A stretch of 64,000 bases of DNA from Eledone cirrhosa (taxonomy: Eukaryota). The notes under the pieces were generated by a model. That model ran no database searches, was not told the DNA's origin, and saw nothing but the letters and a program-made list of their open reading frames with translations. Position 1 is the stretch's first letter. Each line of letters opens with the position of its first letter. Made by a program: the position numbers and the translations under genes. The DNA lies in NCBI GenBank assembly GCA_964016885.1, contig OZ024740.1, positions 350,238,001 through 350,302,000 on the forward strand, written 5' to 3'. Positions 48,660 through 63,000 of the stretch are shown here, one piece after another.

Positions 48660-48992
48660 TTGTTGTAGAAGAAACAGAAAGACAACAACTGGAAACTACA
48701 TGGTGGGTACTGAAAATCTAATTAAAGCTGTCCAATTATTTTGAAAACAATATGGTTATATTTCTGTCTTGCCAGGTCCATTGTCCTTTATAGTGTTGTA
48801 GGCAGTGGTAATGATGGTGAAATGGTAACGGCGAGGGCGGTGTTAATGAAGCCCACGATTATACCGACCATTAAAATATAAGTTTTATGATCATTTAATA
48901 AGAAAAAAATACTGTTAAATCACTTCATATTTATGAAAAATTTTTATTTGAATATTCGTGTATGGTTTTCATTAAATTATATACATTTTTTT

Positions 48993-49428
48993 TACGTGTA
49001 CTTGTGTATATGTATGGTTACGTGTAGTTGTGTATATGTATGGTTACGTGTAGTTGTGTATATGTATAGTTACGTGTAGTTGTGTATATGTATGGTTGCG
49101 TGTAGTTGTGTATATGTATGGTCCCGTACTTGTGTATATGTATTGTTACGTGTACTTGTGTATACGTATGGTCCCGTACTTGTGTATATGTATGGTTACG
49201 TGTACTTGTGTATATGTATGGTCCCGTACTTGTGTATATGTATGGTTACGTGTACTTGTGTATATGTATGGTCCCGTACTTGTGTATATGTATGGTTACG
49301 TGTACTTGTGTATACGTATGGTCCCGTACTTGTGTATATGTATGGTTACGTGTACTTGTGTATACGTATGGTCCCGTACTTGTGTATATGTATGGTTACG
49401 TGTACTTGTGTATATCTATGGTCCCGTA
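48993..49428. repeat. Minisatellite, alternating 26/24-bp subunits
   Basis: gtacttgtgtatatgtatgg followed by ttacgt or tccc. Confidence 0.9.
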
Positions 49429-49584
49429 ACTCCAGGTAGAGTCGTAGGGGCACCGTATTGAGATACGGCATCTCTTGGGCATTTTAAGCCTGGGGGAGCC
49501 CACCCTCTCCAGGTCTGAGTACAACAGATTTCTTCCAGAGAAAGATAGAAAGTGAGAGAGAGATATAGAGGGAGAATCCACTTC

Positions 49585-50750
49585 AGTGCTAGACTGGTAC
49601 TTTTTTATCGATCTCGAAAAGATGAAAGGCAAAGATGACCTCCGCGGGATTTGAACTCAGAGAGCAAAGAGCCGGAAGGAATACCATAAAGCATTCTATC
49701 CGACGTTCTACCGATACTGTCAATTTGCCCCCTTACCTGTGTATATACACATGTATAATTGTGTATGACTGTGTAGAATATCACGTCAAGTAAATTCTAT
49801 TTTATTTTTCTGGCTTCGCCAAATAATTTAATAATTTTTTCTATCTTTCTCTGTATTTCTCTGTACTATGTCTTTCTGAAGATTAACAATTTAAATTAAA
49901 GATGTAAAAGAAATAACTTAACGCAAATACCGCAAGATATTTTATCCGAACCTGTACCGATTCTGCGAATACAACCATTTTACATTTATTTAAATAATTC
50001 TTTCTACTTTTGGTACAAGGCCAGCAATTACCCAGTACATTACTGGTACTTTATTTGATCGACCCCGTCAGGATGAAAGGCAAAGTTAATCTCAGCGGGA
50101 TTTGAACTCAGATCGTAAAGGGACGTAACTCTTTGCGTCAAAGCATTGCGTCCGACCCTCTACTGATACTGCCATTTCTGATTGAGACACAAGGCAAACA
50201 TTTTTTGGGGAGGGGAAAATCGATTTAATCGACCGCAGTGTATTACTGGTGCTTTATTTATCGATCCTGTAAGGATGAGAGGCAAAGCTAACCTCGGCAG
50301 AATTTGAACGCAGAACGTAAAGGACCATAATTATATGCCGAAAGCATGTTGTCCGATGCTCTACAGATACTGCCAATCTACCGCCCTACATCTATTTAAA
50401 TAATTGTTTCTACATTAGGCACAAGGCCAGCAATTATTTTATCGGCCTCGTAAGCATAAAAGGCAAAGTTAACCTTCGCGGGATTTGAACTCAGAACGTA
50501 AAGGGCCATAACTCTATGCTGCAAAGCATGGTACCTGACGCTCTACCCAGAGCAGAGGCAAAATTCCACAGTTACTTGGTGGAGGGTATACTAGAATATA
50601 CAGCGCACATGCAGTACACTAATACATATTTTATCGATGCTAAAAGAATGTAAAGTTAAGTCGACACCAGTAGGATGTCCACTCAGAACTTAAATGAAGG
50701 AAACTAAATAGTACAAAGTATTTTGTGTAGCACTCTAAATTTTCTGATCT
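49585..50750 (-). mobile_element. Cluster of 4-5 tRNA-derived SINEs of a second family
   Basis: Repeated gatgaaaggcaaag..ggatttgaactcag (B box GTTCAAATCC on minus strand). Confidence 0.8.
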
Positions 50751-52919
50751 ATTACCTTGTTTTTAATTCATTCTCTTTAAATTCTTTATCGAGATTTCGA
50801 TGTACACCATTGAGAAAAATGCTGGGTAGCCAGGAGCTATTAAGAATGGAAGAAAAGTTAGTTATTGTGTGGGTGTATGTGTAATGTGTGTGAGTGATTA
50901 TGTGTATATCATGTGTACGTATGTACGCACGTAGACGTGCATTTGTGGTAGGATTAGATTATAAAGAAATAATTAATGATTCCTATAATTGACTAGTTTT
51001 GAAGCATTGGCACGAAGCATTGCAAACAATGTCGTATGTACTGATGGTGAAAAAGTGGTGAAGGGTTTAAAACATTCAACAACAAAAATAGCAACAACAG
51101 AAATTATAAGCTGTAAAAATCAAAAACAATAACAAAAAACATAAACTATTATGATGGAGAAGAAGAAATAAGAAAAAAATGCTATATAAAAATTGAATCG
51201 TTGGTTTCATTTTTTAAAATTTTGATTAAGAACGAAGAAGTGAGTAGCAAAGAGATGATTTTAAGTGACAGTAAAACTAGATATTATAGTTACAACAGTC
51301 AAAATGTAATTTCGGGAAAACAAGAAGAATAAAATAACATCCAACCACAACAGAAATAACATAGCAAGATTAATATACTATAAGTAATAGTTGAGAAAAT
51401 CGAGTAAAGTACCGTGAAGATGGAACAAAACTGGACAGCGGCACTTGTGAAGAATCTCTCGAATACCGACTGGGTACATTAACCACGACGCCAAAGAGCC
51501 ACTGACCACTTAATTCACCTATTTAGATTTTAAGCATGTAACCAGAAGTGTAAACAAAGTTTGACCTAAGACACATTGGGAAAATGTGAGATTTGAAATA
51601 TCGGCGTCACTATAAATAATACTTGAGAAAATAGTTGAGACGCACACATTTCAAATTATACATTCTCTCAATGCTTCTTAAGTCAACCGTTGTTTATACT
51701 TCTAGTTGCAGGCTTAAAATCTTCTAAATAGTTGAAATTGAAAATACAGTTCGTTATCATTCATTTGTGGAGTCACTTGGCTTACTGATTAGATCGCTGG
51801 ATTTACAATTGTTGAGTCATGAGTCGAATTCCAGATCGGGTGGCACATTGTATCCCCGAAAAAACATTTTATTTTACGTTGTTGTCGTCCACTGAGCTGG
51901 AAAATGAATTGCGATGACATTGGTGTGAAAATGCATCACCCTATAACTTTACCTTTCATAACATTCGTGATTGCTGGTCTTCCACAAAACCTCTTGTTCA
52001 GGCTTTTGTATCAGAAGAAAAAAAATTGCAGATGCCAACGTATGGTCGGTTATGACAGAAGGAGACCTCTATATAATTCATGAATATATCTTATCGGTTT
52101 TGCATATACCATCAGAGGTAAGCTATGCTACTTTACCCTGTGACCCATGACAGTATATCTTCTTATTCACCATTATCGTACATTTAACTGTTATTGAAAT
52201 CTATGACGCAGAGAGCTTTTTCGATTCATTATGCTGGCTGTTATATGTGGTCTTAGAAGACTAAACTAAACAAAAGGAGATGTCGATAAACAACAATGGG
52301 AAACTATATTGTAAAATTATTCGTTCTCATACATAGAAAGCATGAGAACGCATTTCAATTAATATACAATAAGGTGCGCCGGATACGAACGAAATGTTGC
52401 TTAGAAACAGATATAATTAAACCCCAGTTTGCTTAGATGGCTACATTGCGATCACCGGCAGTAGTTTCTAATGTATACGAAGAACATGTCTAGTTTAAAC
52501 TGTCTTTTGGATTTATTTGTCATGTGAATGTCATTACAATAATTGGCTTGATTGTTTAACCAGTGCATTATAAACACAGCCCGTGACACGAGAAGAAACT
52601 ACGAAAACTTTTATGAAGAGCCTCCCTGGGGGGAATGGGAGGAGGCAGAGACTTGGATGTAGGTTACTTGTCATATTATATTTTTGTTTGCTTTAAAATA
52701 TTTTCCTTTCGACTGTCAATGAGAAGAATGAGTCATCTATAGGAAAACATAATAGCCCACCTGTCTCTGATCCAAATTATATATCACTAAATTTCTACCA
52801 TTTACACCACAAACCAATACTATTTGTTTTGTTGTATTTTTGTGCAAACATACATTAATCGTAATAATGGTGTGTAAATATATTTGTATTATGACCAGAT
52901 ACATGTATGCATCTTTGCA

Positions 52920-52998
<79 letters not shown>

Positions 52999-53022
52999 AT
53001 ATATATATGTGTGTGCGTGTGT

Positions 53023-53277
53023 GTAGAAGTAATTCCACAACAGTTAGTAAACCATTTCTGAGAAGAATTTGTTTCACCTTGACGGATCATCAGCTCGGTT
53101 TAAATGGGTTAAATCCGGAAAAGGAAGACCATATCACGAACCTTCGTCATAGGCCTTCCTTTTCCGGATTTAACCTATTTAAACCGAGCTAATGATCCGT
53201 TAAGGGGAAACAAATTGTTCTCGGAAATGGTTTGCTAACTGTTGTGGAATTACTTCTACCAAACTCGTCCCATGGAC
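53023..53277. repeat. Family G fold-back 1 with HHRs at 53058-53098 (minus) and 53184-53224 (plus)
   Basis: Consensus of the two arms ccgag-CTGATGA-t cc..gg t-GAAA-caaattg-TT-ctcgg; right arm carries an extra tail. Confidence 0.85.
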
Positions 53278-53290
53278 ATATATATATATA

Positions 53291-53888
53291 TAGAAGTAGT
53301 AACACACCATACCGAGAACAATTGTTTCACCTTATGCGGATCTTCAACTCGGACTGGTCATGGTTATACGGAACAGGAAGAACAACCGTATGAACGCGCA
53401 TGCGCAGAAACGGTCACTTCACCAAAGCGATACAAAACCACGGGCGAAAGGTGTAAGGGAGAAGACTGCGAAAGTCCGGAATAAAATGTTCAACTTGATT
53501 AGAAAATTAGAATGTTGTTGTTATTCAATCCGGGGCTTTGTAGTTATGCAAGAGGTGTTTCCAGACATATGGACAACGTGAGAAGATTTCGTTTCTTGAA
53601 TTTAGGCAATAGCTATTGCGTAATCTCACAATTATCTCCCTTACACCTTTCGCCCGTGGTTTTGTATCGCTTGGGGAAAGTGACCGTTTCTGCACATGCG
53701 CGTTCATACGGTTGTTTTTCCTATTCCGTATAATCATGACAAGTCCGAGATGAAGATCTGCATATGAGGAAACAATTGTTCTCGGTATGGTGAACTAACT
53801 GTTGTGTTACTACTTCTACCAAACTCGTCCCATGGCCTGAGTGCTTTACCTCTACGGATATTACCTTCCAGTGTTCTACCTCTCTCTG
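53291..53888. repeat. Family G fold-back 2 with HHRs at 53312-53352 (minus) and 53745-53785 (plus)
   Basis: Arms of ~180 bp; ccgag-(T/A)TGAAGA-..-GAAA-caattg-TT-ctcgg; right arm has a tail running to (TA)n. Confidence 0.85.
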
Positions 53889-54346
53889 TATATATATATA
53901 AATATATATATATATTCATATATGTGCATACATACACATCCACATCCGCACACACACATACACACATACACACACACATATATATACGTGTGTATGTATG
54001 TACGTATGTATATATATATAATTAATTCAAAAAAACGTTGGGCGAAGACAACAGAAAAATGGAAGAAACACAAGACAGTCCCTTATCATCAGTCGACCTC
54101 TGGGGGTGCTAGGGATTTCAATGCATTAAGATCGATATCACTAACTCCAGCGCACATAGGACAGTAGCAAAAGCTTACAAGAGAAAACGAATGGTCTTCC
54201 GATTATTTACAAATAGAATGAAATAAAATATAACAAAATTTACAACAAACCAATATGCTGCAATCGAAACATACAACACCAATCTTCTTTTTGCTTCATT
54301 GACGTAGATGATCGAAGTGGCTTAGTTTGAGCGAACTTCTATAACA

Positions 54347-54449
54347 TATAGAGTGTCCCAAAAATGAATACATAATTTGATTACTTGTACAGGCAATATT
54401 TATTAGAATGCACAGCTTTTGTGTATACATCTTTTTGGGACAACCTGTA
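54347..54449. mobile_element. Tc1/mariner-like MITE
   Basis: Imperfect TIRs (t/c)ag..tgtcccaaaaa flanked by TA. Confidence 0.5.
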
Positions 54450-54517
54450 TATTAAGTCTGTAGCAAATATCAGAATATCATGTTTTGTTTGTGGAATCCT
54501 CATATGTGTACATTATT

Positions 54518-54698
54518 TGGCAGTATCGGTAGAGGGTCGCACGCCATGCTTTGCAGCAAAGAGTTACGGCCCTTATGATCTGAGTTCAAATCCCGCCGAG
54601 GTTAACTTTGCCTTTCATGCTTACGGGGTCGATAAAATTAAGTACCAGTAATACACTGGGATAATTGCTGGCCTTGTGCCCAAAGTAGAAACAATTAT
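54518..54698 (+). mobile_element. tRNA-derived SINE (second family)
   Basis: tggcagtatcggtagag..gagttcaaatcc..gtagaaacaatt. Confidence 0.8.
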
Positions 54699-54891
54699 TA
54701 TCCAAACAACCATATTTGTTGATAATTGGGATTGATGTTGTCAGACAATGCGATATGAAGTGTTTGTACTCTTTCAAACACTTTACACTTATTGTACGAG
54801 AAGCAAAAGAGAAAAAAAAGGACTCTGTTTTGATATCATTTTATGTAAAAGAAATGCAAATTCGGTAGCACATCATTATTAATGTTTCATA

Positions 54892-55077
54892 AGGGCGGTG
54901 GATTGGCAGTATCGGTGGAGGGTCGGACGCCATGCTTTCCAGCATAGTTACGTCCCTTTATGATCTGAGTTCAAATCCCGCCGAGGTTGACTTTGCCTTT
55001 CATCCTCACGGGGTCGATAAAATAAAGTACCAGTAATGCACTGGGTAATTGCTGGCCTTGTGCCTAAAGTAGAAACA
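54892..55077 (+). mobile_element. Full-length SINE with 17-bp TSD
   Basis: attattaatgtttcata at 54875-54891 and 55078-55094; A and B boxes present. Confidence 0.85.
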
Positions 55078-56808
55078 ATTATTAATGTTTCATACAGTAA
55101 TTCTGTTGAATTGGCAGTGATGGTACGAATTCCTATTTCGTTCTACGACCTGACTGATGTTCCAATGCCACACAATCAACTTGCATTATATACTTCTGGG
55201 CATGTATAAAATAAGTACCAGTAACATCCCAGTCACATCTGCAGTTGGTAGTTGTAGGGTAAAAATTAGATATTTAAAAATTGTTTCGAGATGGTGAGAT
55301 GTGTCAGCCGTCTAAATCGGCAATAAAACTTCAATATGAAAATGATCTTTACCAGCTTCGATGATGAGTGTTTCAGTTGTCTATAAATGGAGTAGGCCTA
55401 CGTGTAAATTAACGTGTAAGAGACTGAATTTACACACACCAGCATACCTTTAACATACACACCAGCAGTATTGAGCGTGATACAGGTTATAACAAATTGA
55501 CCCCTTGGAGATCTGTATCTATCTGCATTCTATCCAATGAACTTCCAATCGTTTTCACATACAAAGCTTTTGTCTACTCGGGGTTATGCTAAAAGACTCC
55601 AGCCCCAAATGCCATGCAATGGGATTGAACTCGGAGTCTCACGATTGGGAAGCTAACTTCTTAACAAATCGCCGACGTTGTGTATGTAAGATAAGTATAC
55701 TATTTCATATGCAGTCATTGAATTTGGTACAGTGATTAAAGATTTACATAACCTGGTTTGATACATCAAGTTTATAAGCTCATATCATCACTGAATTAGT
55801 TACCTGCTCTAAAGTTAGTTATCTATTTCTAAATCAAATCAGTTACACTCTCTAGACAAAATACTTTTCATTTAAAGGAAGTGTTCCACGTTTTATAACA
55901 AGGTTTCATAAAAGAAATCAAATTTATAACGATTTTCGGCATGTTAAACAGAATCAGGACAAATTGATTGCAAAGCTCTTCAGTTATAATATAGATGATC
56001 TGCGAAAACTGCTAGGTTTTATTAACTTATATAAGGAGTGTTATTCAGAAAATACACAACATACCATTTAGTTGTATACAGAAGCTTAAAACGAATAAAT
56101 GACTTATATCTACCCAAAGAACAGCTACAAGTTACAGTAATGCAATATCACAAGTGTTCTTATATAAATGAATATGATTTTTAACTCACTATTTAAAGAA
56201 AGATTGTTCAGTAAATTGCTCACTAGATGTAATTTATCTAAACAACTCAATGAGATTTTTTCAATCAAAGTTTTTCTGTGTTCAGTTAATTATTGAGTTT
56301 GAAATTTCAATTTCATAAGAAAATATCAACAGAGAAAAAAAAAAGAATCTAGCTGGAACTATAAAAAACTATTTAGATTCAAACAAGAATTGCGATTAAA
56401 ATACAAAAAAAAAAAAAAGGAACATGGAATTTCAAATCGCATCAATAAGAAAAGAGAACCTGCCATTTTGTTTATTGAGATAAAAAAAATCTCTGAGTTC
56501 GTGTTTCAGTGTTTTGATCCTGTAGTTTGTGAAAAAAAGGTTTGAATCATTTTCCAATTCATCAATTTCAGAGATTTCAATTCGTCATCAGTTTCTATTT
56601 CACTAAGTGGAAGATGAATATCAATATATATTGTCTATGACGACAGTTTTATCAACGAGATCTTAGTTAAAATAAAAATAAATATCTTCCAGATCAAAAT
56701 CTTCGTCACTATGGTTTTAGATATTCTCCATGTTGTATTTCTTAGTTAAAAGAAAATATAATTTTCTATAATATCTATATTTACATTTTTATGTCTCGTC
56801 CTTTAACA

Positions 56809-56995
56809 CTGGCATGTCAAACATGCGGCCCTTTGCAAGCACACCTGCGGCCCGCACATAGGTATTTACAGCGCGAGCAAGTTTTATCTTCGTAAAATTA
56901 GTTGTCATGTGTGCACTTAGTTGTCGTGTGTGGTCCTTAGACAACACATATGTGACCCATGTGGCCTCCAGGGGACCCTCAGTTTGACATGCCTG
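56809..56995. mobile_element. hAT-type MITE
   Basis: TIR c(t/a)ggcatgtcaaac, 8-bp TSD ctttaaca on both sides, subterminal gcggccc motifs. Confidence 0.88.
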
Positions 56996-57179
56996 CTTTA
57001 ACACACATGCAGTTACGAGTAAAGACTTTCAGATGGTCAAAGGTTCAGATGACAAAAGGCACTCCACATACATTTTTACATTTTCACAAATGTTCTTCAA
57101 TTTCATTATTCCATTACTTACACACACACACATACATACACACACACATACATACATACATACATATATATATATGAAA

Positions 57180-57370
57180 ATGTTTAACCCCGACGGCAGA
57201 GCTCAAGCCGTTTTGATGGCTATTTTTGGACTCCAGAAATAGCCGTCGAAACGGCTTGAGCTCTGCCGTCGGGGTTAAACATGTTCCTATTACCCACTCT
57301 ACTACCCTAAGTATCGAGTACTCTGGTGCGTTATGGTCCATCTGGTTCTTTATCACATCTCCTTCGTTAT
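57180..57370 (+). mobile_element. Family D 3' end with fold-back (57180-57282, 1-nt apex)
   Basis: Arms of 51 bp; long arm continues to (TA)n; homologous to 32385-32522. Confidence 0.8.
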
Positions 57371-57556
57371 ATATATATATGTGTATATATATATATCCCT
57401 TGAAGCAATTGTCCCTAGCTTACATTTTCCCTCTTCACCACCCCCAACTGAACTCTTGACCAGTTCTTTAACACAATTGAGATACACACACACACACACA
57501 CATATATATATACAGAAAAATTCCTCTCCCCCAAAGCATTTTCTGATTTGAAAAGA

Positions 57557-57619
<63 letters not shown>

Positions 57620-57748
57620 CTCTCTGTCTATATATATATGAGGTTCTTTTTCTTAGATCCTGTCTTCCCACCAACACTAAAGATGAACAGACCTTCTTCA
57701 ACACTTAATTTTTTATTTTTTAAAAATTGTTTATTAATTGTAATATTT

Positions 57749-57788
57749 AATATTTGATGAGATGGATTACATCGAAACCGGTAATATT
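57749..57788 (+). ncRNA. Minimal HHR (C3U)
   Basis: aatat-TTGATGA-gatg gatta catc-GAAA-ccgg-TA-atatt. Confidence 0.7.
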
Positions 57789-57850
57789 TTATATATTTTA
57801 TATAATTTATAAAACTCCTTTTTTAAAAAAAAATTGTTCTCCCTTTTTCA

Positions 57851-58008
57851 ATAATTGTTTCTACTATTGGCACAAGGCCAGCAATTATTCCAGTGCATTA
57901 CTGGTACTTTATTTTATCGACCCCGTAAGGATGAAAGGCAAAGTTAACCTCGACAGGATTTGAACTCAGACCATAAAGGGGCATAACTCTATACTGGAAA
58001 GCATGGCG
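57851..58008 (-). mobile_element. tRNA-derived SINE (second family)
   Basis: Reverse complement of 54930-55080. Confidence 0.8.
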
Positions 58009-59237
58009 TAAAAATCGTTAAAAGTTCTAACATAGATTTGATTTGCAATCCAGCTGTTTTACATTACGGCTTAAGCCGCAACTGTTTAGTATACAATCTT
58101 TTATTAAACGGAATGGATGGTAAGTTGCATTCTAGTGTCATATTTATAGGGATCAGCAATTTTCACAGATATTTGGGATTGCCACATTTTTTAATTTCAA
58201 ATCACCTAACTCTTCCATAATTCATACATTTTGTTTGGCGGTAGAGAGAGGGGTGTTGGGAGAAATAGGTGTATAGTAAATATAAAGACTGGTGTTGGAA
58301 GAGGTAGGTGTATGGTAGAAATAGAGAGGGGAGAGTTTAGTGGTTATGGATATATATATAGAGAGAGAGACAGTGAGAGTGCCTTTTTGTAGATAGAGAG
58401 AGTGGGAGGGATATCTGGTGGTAGATATATAGAGGGATGTTGGGAATGATAGGAGTATGATAAATATAGAGAGGGAGAGAGTTTAGTGATAATGGATATA
58501 GAGAGGGGTGCTGGGAGCGAGAGTGTCATAATAGATATAGAGATGGGGAGAGATTATTGGTGTTAGATATAGAGAGGGGGATAATGAGAGTGTGCCGTGT
58601 GGTTGATATAGAGAAAGAAGAGTTCAGTCGTAATGAATAGACTGAGGAGGATTTGAAGAGAGTGCCGTGTGGTAGATATAGAGAGGTAGAGAGTTTGAAG
58701 GTAGTAGATATAAAGAGAGGTGTTGGGAGAGAGTTGGACGTTAGATATATGGAGGGGAAGTTTAGACAGTTACGCCTGACAGGACCCGCTGGATGGCGTG
58801 CTTGTAGACTCTGCTGCCAAGACCCTCTCAAGAATGAGTGAAGAAGACGAAAAGGTGAAGAAGTTATTCATCTTGCTGGAATGAGAAATAAGAGAGAACC
58901 ATTAAACTAACCAACGTCCCTTTGCAGATTAACTTTAATACGCTATGTACTTGTTTTTGATAAATCTCGATTATTAAAAAAATTATGTTCATTTATAAAT
59001 TGAACAAGTGTTCAAACTAAAATAGAATATTTCAAAAATCCTGACTCAAAGATCCCCAATTGGGAGAGAAAAGAAAAATATGACAGCAATAAAAAAAAAA
59101 ACAAATGCAACAAAAAAAAAGACAATAACAAAAATATTCTCTGCTAGTAAGATGCATTAGAATTACACTTTCAAATGTCTTCATTTAGTTGCAAGAAGTA
59201 TTATGCAAGGGAATTACATACCATATACTCAGACACT

Positions 59238-59617
59238 TGGCAGTATCGGTAGAGGGTCGGACGTCATGCTTTGCAGCACAGAGTTACGCTGCTTTCTGAT
59301 CTGAGTTCAAATCCTGCCGAGGTTAACTTTGCCTTTCATAAAATAAAGTACGATAAAATAAAGTACCAGTAATGCACTGGGATAATTGCTGGCCTTGTGC
59401 CAAAAGTAGAAACAGTTATTTAATATTGGTGGATTGGTAGTATCGGTAGAGGGTCGGACGCCATGCTTTGAAGCATAGAGTTACGGCCCTTTATGACCTG
59501 AGTTCAGCTCACGCCGAGGTTAACTTTGCTTTTCATCCTTACGGAGTCGATAAAATAAAGTACCAGTAATGCACTGGTGAATTGCTGGCCTTGGGCCAAA
59601 AGTAGAAACAGTTATTT
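59238..59617 (+). mobile_element. Two tandem SINE copies (second family)
   Basis: 59238-59420 and 59428-59617 match 54892-55077. Confidence 0.8.
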
Positions 59618-59939
59618 AATATTTATTAGAACTAAATTGAAAAATATTAATTTGCCTTCCAGAAAGGAATTGCGGATCATTGTAGTAACTTTTGAACTAA
59701 ATCTAAGCATTACATCATGATATCACTCATGAGGAAAACATTGACTTGAATAAGAATTCCTTAACCAGTATCCTATTTTCAAAACACTATATAAAAATAT
59801 CATTTAAACGTTTAGATATGAACGGGCAAAGACGTCTTGAATTGTGATCCTACAAATATTGAAACTCATCAAAAGATTACAAATTTTTCCCAGTAGTTTA
59901 TTTTATTCATATTTACCCATTTTGTGAATCTGCCCCCCC

Positions 59940-59996
<57 letters not shown>

Positions 59997-60000
<4 letters not shown>

Positions 60001-63000
60001 TAAGAGGAATTCCAACTTTGTCTGATTTACTCGTTTTATTTACGATCCTTTAAAATTTATAATGGTATTATAATGAAATAGTATGATAGAATATTAAATG
60101 TTAAGTGTTAATTGAACAAGTACTTTCATGCTTTCGCAATCTTCCGGTTCATAATGTGTGGTGACAGTCAAGTTTGCAATTTTCAACTGTAATGAGATGG
60201 GTAAATTTTCTACCTTATATACAGTGAAAAGTAGCTCCAGAATGCTAAATCTTGCAAACTGTATTTCGACCAATCGGTGTGTAGTTTCACTGAATTACTA
60301 AAGCTGATTGGTTTAGGCGTCACGGTTGGTTGAGCATGTCTAACGACCACTAATTGATCCTATCCAAAGCATCAATTGTTTTGCTAATTTTAGAAATGAT
60401 GAAAATAACATTTTCTAGTAATCATCACCATTATTATTGTTGTTGTTAGTGGTCGTAGTCGACATGGTCGTAGTCATAGTCATAGTAGAAGTAATAGTAG
60501 TAGTAACACCCCTAAGCATTATTATTGTTCATTTAGCTTGGGTTTGAATTTATCAATAAAATTCTTTTCTTTGATTTTTCTCTTGATTTCACTTGGGCTG
60601 TGTAATTTGTAGAATGGGAATATTATAAATATTCCCTGACCACATGTTGCTAGATGGTTACTTAGGGGTATCTGACGGACATTTGGGTCTCTGATTTGCT
60701 GACGGTGTACCCGTGCACGTTCCGATAGTGCATTTCCAGTTTGACCGACATATAGTTCTTCACAATTCGGGCATTTAATGCAGTAAAGTAGATTTCTGCT
60801 TTTGCAGTTCATATTTGCATTTGGGAATATTTTTCCAGTTTTTGTTTTCATATATTGACCGGCGTGTATGGATTGACATGTGCCGCATCGACTATCATTG
60901 CATTTAGATACAGTGAATGATTGGTCTTTGTTGTTAAGGCCAAACTTTGCTTTTGTTAGTAATTGCTTCATATTTTTCGGCTGTCTTTTACTAAGAGTCA
61001 AAGATCGATCTGTGATTAAGCCTTTTAATTCATTACTTTGAGCAATGATCGGTAGGTTTGCTTTGGCAGTGTTGAAGATATTCTGGTGACATGGGTTGTG
61101 TGTCATTATAAATGGTATGACCAGTTCTTGGTTTCTTCTTCCTTGGGTTGTATTTTCATAGCCTGCTGTATGCCATTTTCTATAAGTAGAGATGGGTATT
61201 TTTGTTTGAGCAAAAATTCTCTTAGTTTTGTTAGGCGTTTGTACCTGGTATTAGTATCTTCTACAATGGTACAAATTCTTCTGGCTAGGCAGTATGGGAT
61301 GTTGCGTTTTGTATGAGGTGGATGGCACGACTTAAAATTCAGATATTGATGGGTGTCTGTGTGTTTATAATATATATCCGTGGTAATTGGTGGTGTCGTT
61401 TTTGATTATCATTATATCTAGGAATGGTAATTTGGTCCTACTCATCTCTTTTGTGAATTGGAGAGATGGGTGTAGGTTATTCAGGAGGATATTGAACTCA
61501 TCCAGAGTATCTAGAGATTCTGTCCAGATGATGAAACAGTCGTCAAGGTATCTCTTCCAAGATTTTTCAATGTACTTTCTAAAGTCAGTTCTATATTTCT
61601 TGGTAGAGTTATTGTTCTAAGTATCCCATTACAGAGTTCGCGTAAACGGGAGCAAACTTTGTTCCCATCGCTGTGCCTCTAATTTGGATGCAATTATTTC
61701 CATTGAAGAAGAAAGTGTTGTTTTCCAGAATAAGTTTAACTGCGTCTAATATAAATGGCGCTGTGAATCTGATGGGAATCACTTCTCTATGTTTTTCCAC
61801 CCAGTATTTAACCGCCTTTATTCCTAAATCATGTGTAATGTTGGTGTAAAGGCTTACCACATCAAAACTAAGTAGAAGTGAATTCGTTTCCGTGGTTTTG
61901 GAAAGATGGGACAGGAAGTTGATATCATCCCGGATGAAACTGGGTATGTGAATACATAGTGGTTTCAAAATAATGTCAACAAAATTGCCTAGACGGTGGG
62001 TGGGGCATATTGGACCAGCTATAATAGGTCTAAGTTTTAAGTCTTTTGGGTGTAGTAATTTAATGTACTCACTGTTTTGTTCTCTTACTGCCTGTTGTAT
62101 TTCTTTTGACTTATGAACTTTCGGTAGGCCATACAGGTTGCTGGGTTTTGGTTCAAAATTGGTGATGTAGTCTCTTTCCTTATCAGTAAATGAGTTGTGG
62201 TATTTTGAAGCCAGGTTGTTGATCTTCTTCATGATGTTGTGGTCTATATTTGACGGTATTTCATGATAGAATGTTGTGTCTTTCAGTTGTTCCTCAACCA
62301 AATCCGTGTAGTATTCAGCATCCATTATAACAACTTCACCCCCTTTATCTGCTTGTTTAATTATTATTGTTTTATCATTTTGTATACGTTTAAGTGCAGA
62401 CATTTCTGATTTGTTAATGTTTGGCCTAACATTAGTATTACGTCTAAGATGAAATTTAGACAGGATGTCAATGTATTGGTCGAGATAGATATTTCTTCCT
62501 TTTGACGGAGTGAAATTTGATTTATTCTTTACTAGTGATTCATCACTCTCATTACTTTTATCAGCGAAGAATTCTACAAGACGTAATTTTCGACAGAATT
62601 CTTGGGTATCCTCCTTCAGTTCTTGGTGGTTGACTGTTGGAGTCGGTGTGAATTTCAGTCCTTTTCACAGAATTTGCATTTCATCATTGTCAAGATCTCT
62701 CTTGGATAAATTAATTATTTTAGGATCTACGTGTACAGTTGTTTTGGGTATGTTTCCTCCTGGAGTTTTTCTTTTTCCGGTTTTTGTTGTCCTGACGTTA
62801 AAAAATGGATTTTTCTCTGTTCAGGATTTATATTCCTGTTGGTGTTCGCTTGATGAACTTTTGGTCGTGATATCATATATGGTTTCTTTATGTATTTTGT
62901 CCTATTTTTGGTATTATGTATATTATTTTTCCATTTCTTGTTAGCATTATTTTTAATAATCTGGGCAAATGACCTAGGTTTGCTTTCAGGTTTAGATCGT

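Noticed and set aside
55700-56740. Minus-strand acidic-looking decayed reading frame
   Set aside because: Many stops and no diagnostic motif; needs a translated search
58770-58870. Possible RTE LINE 3' tail (DRTRW..)
   Set aside because: Too short to support
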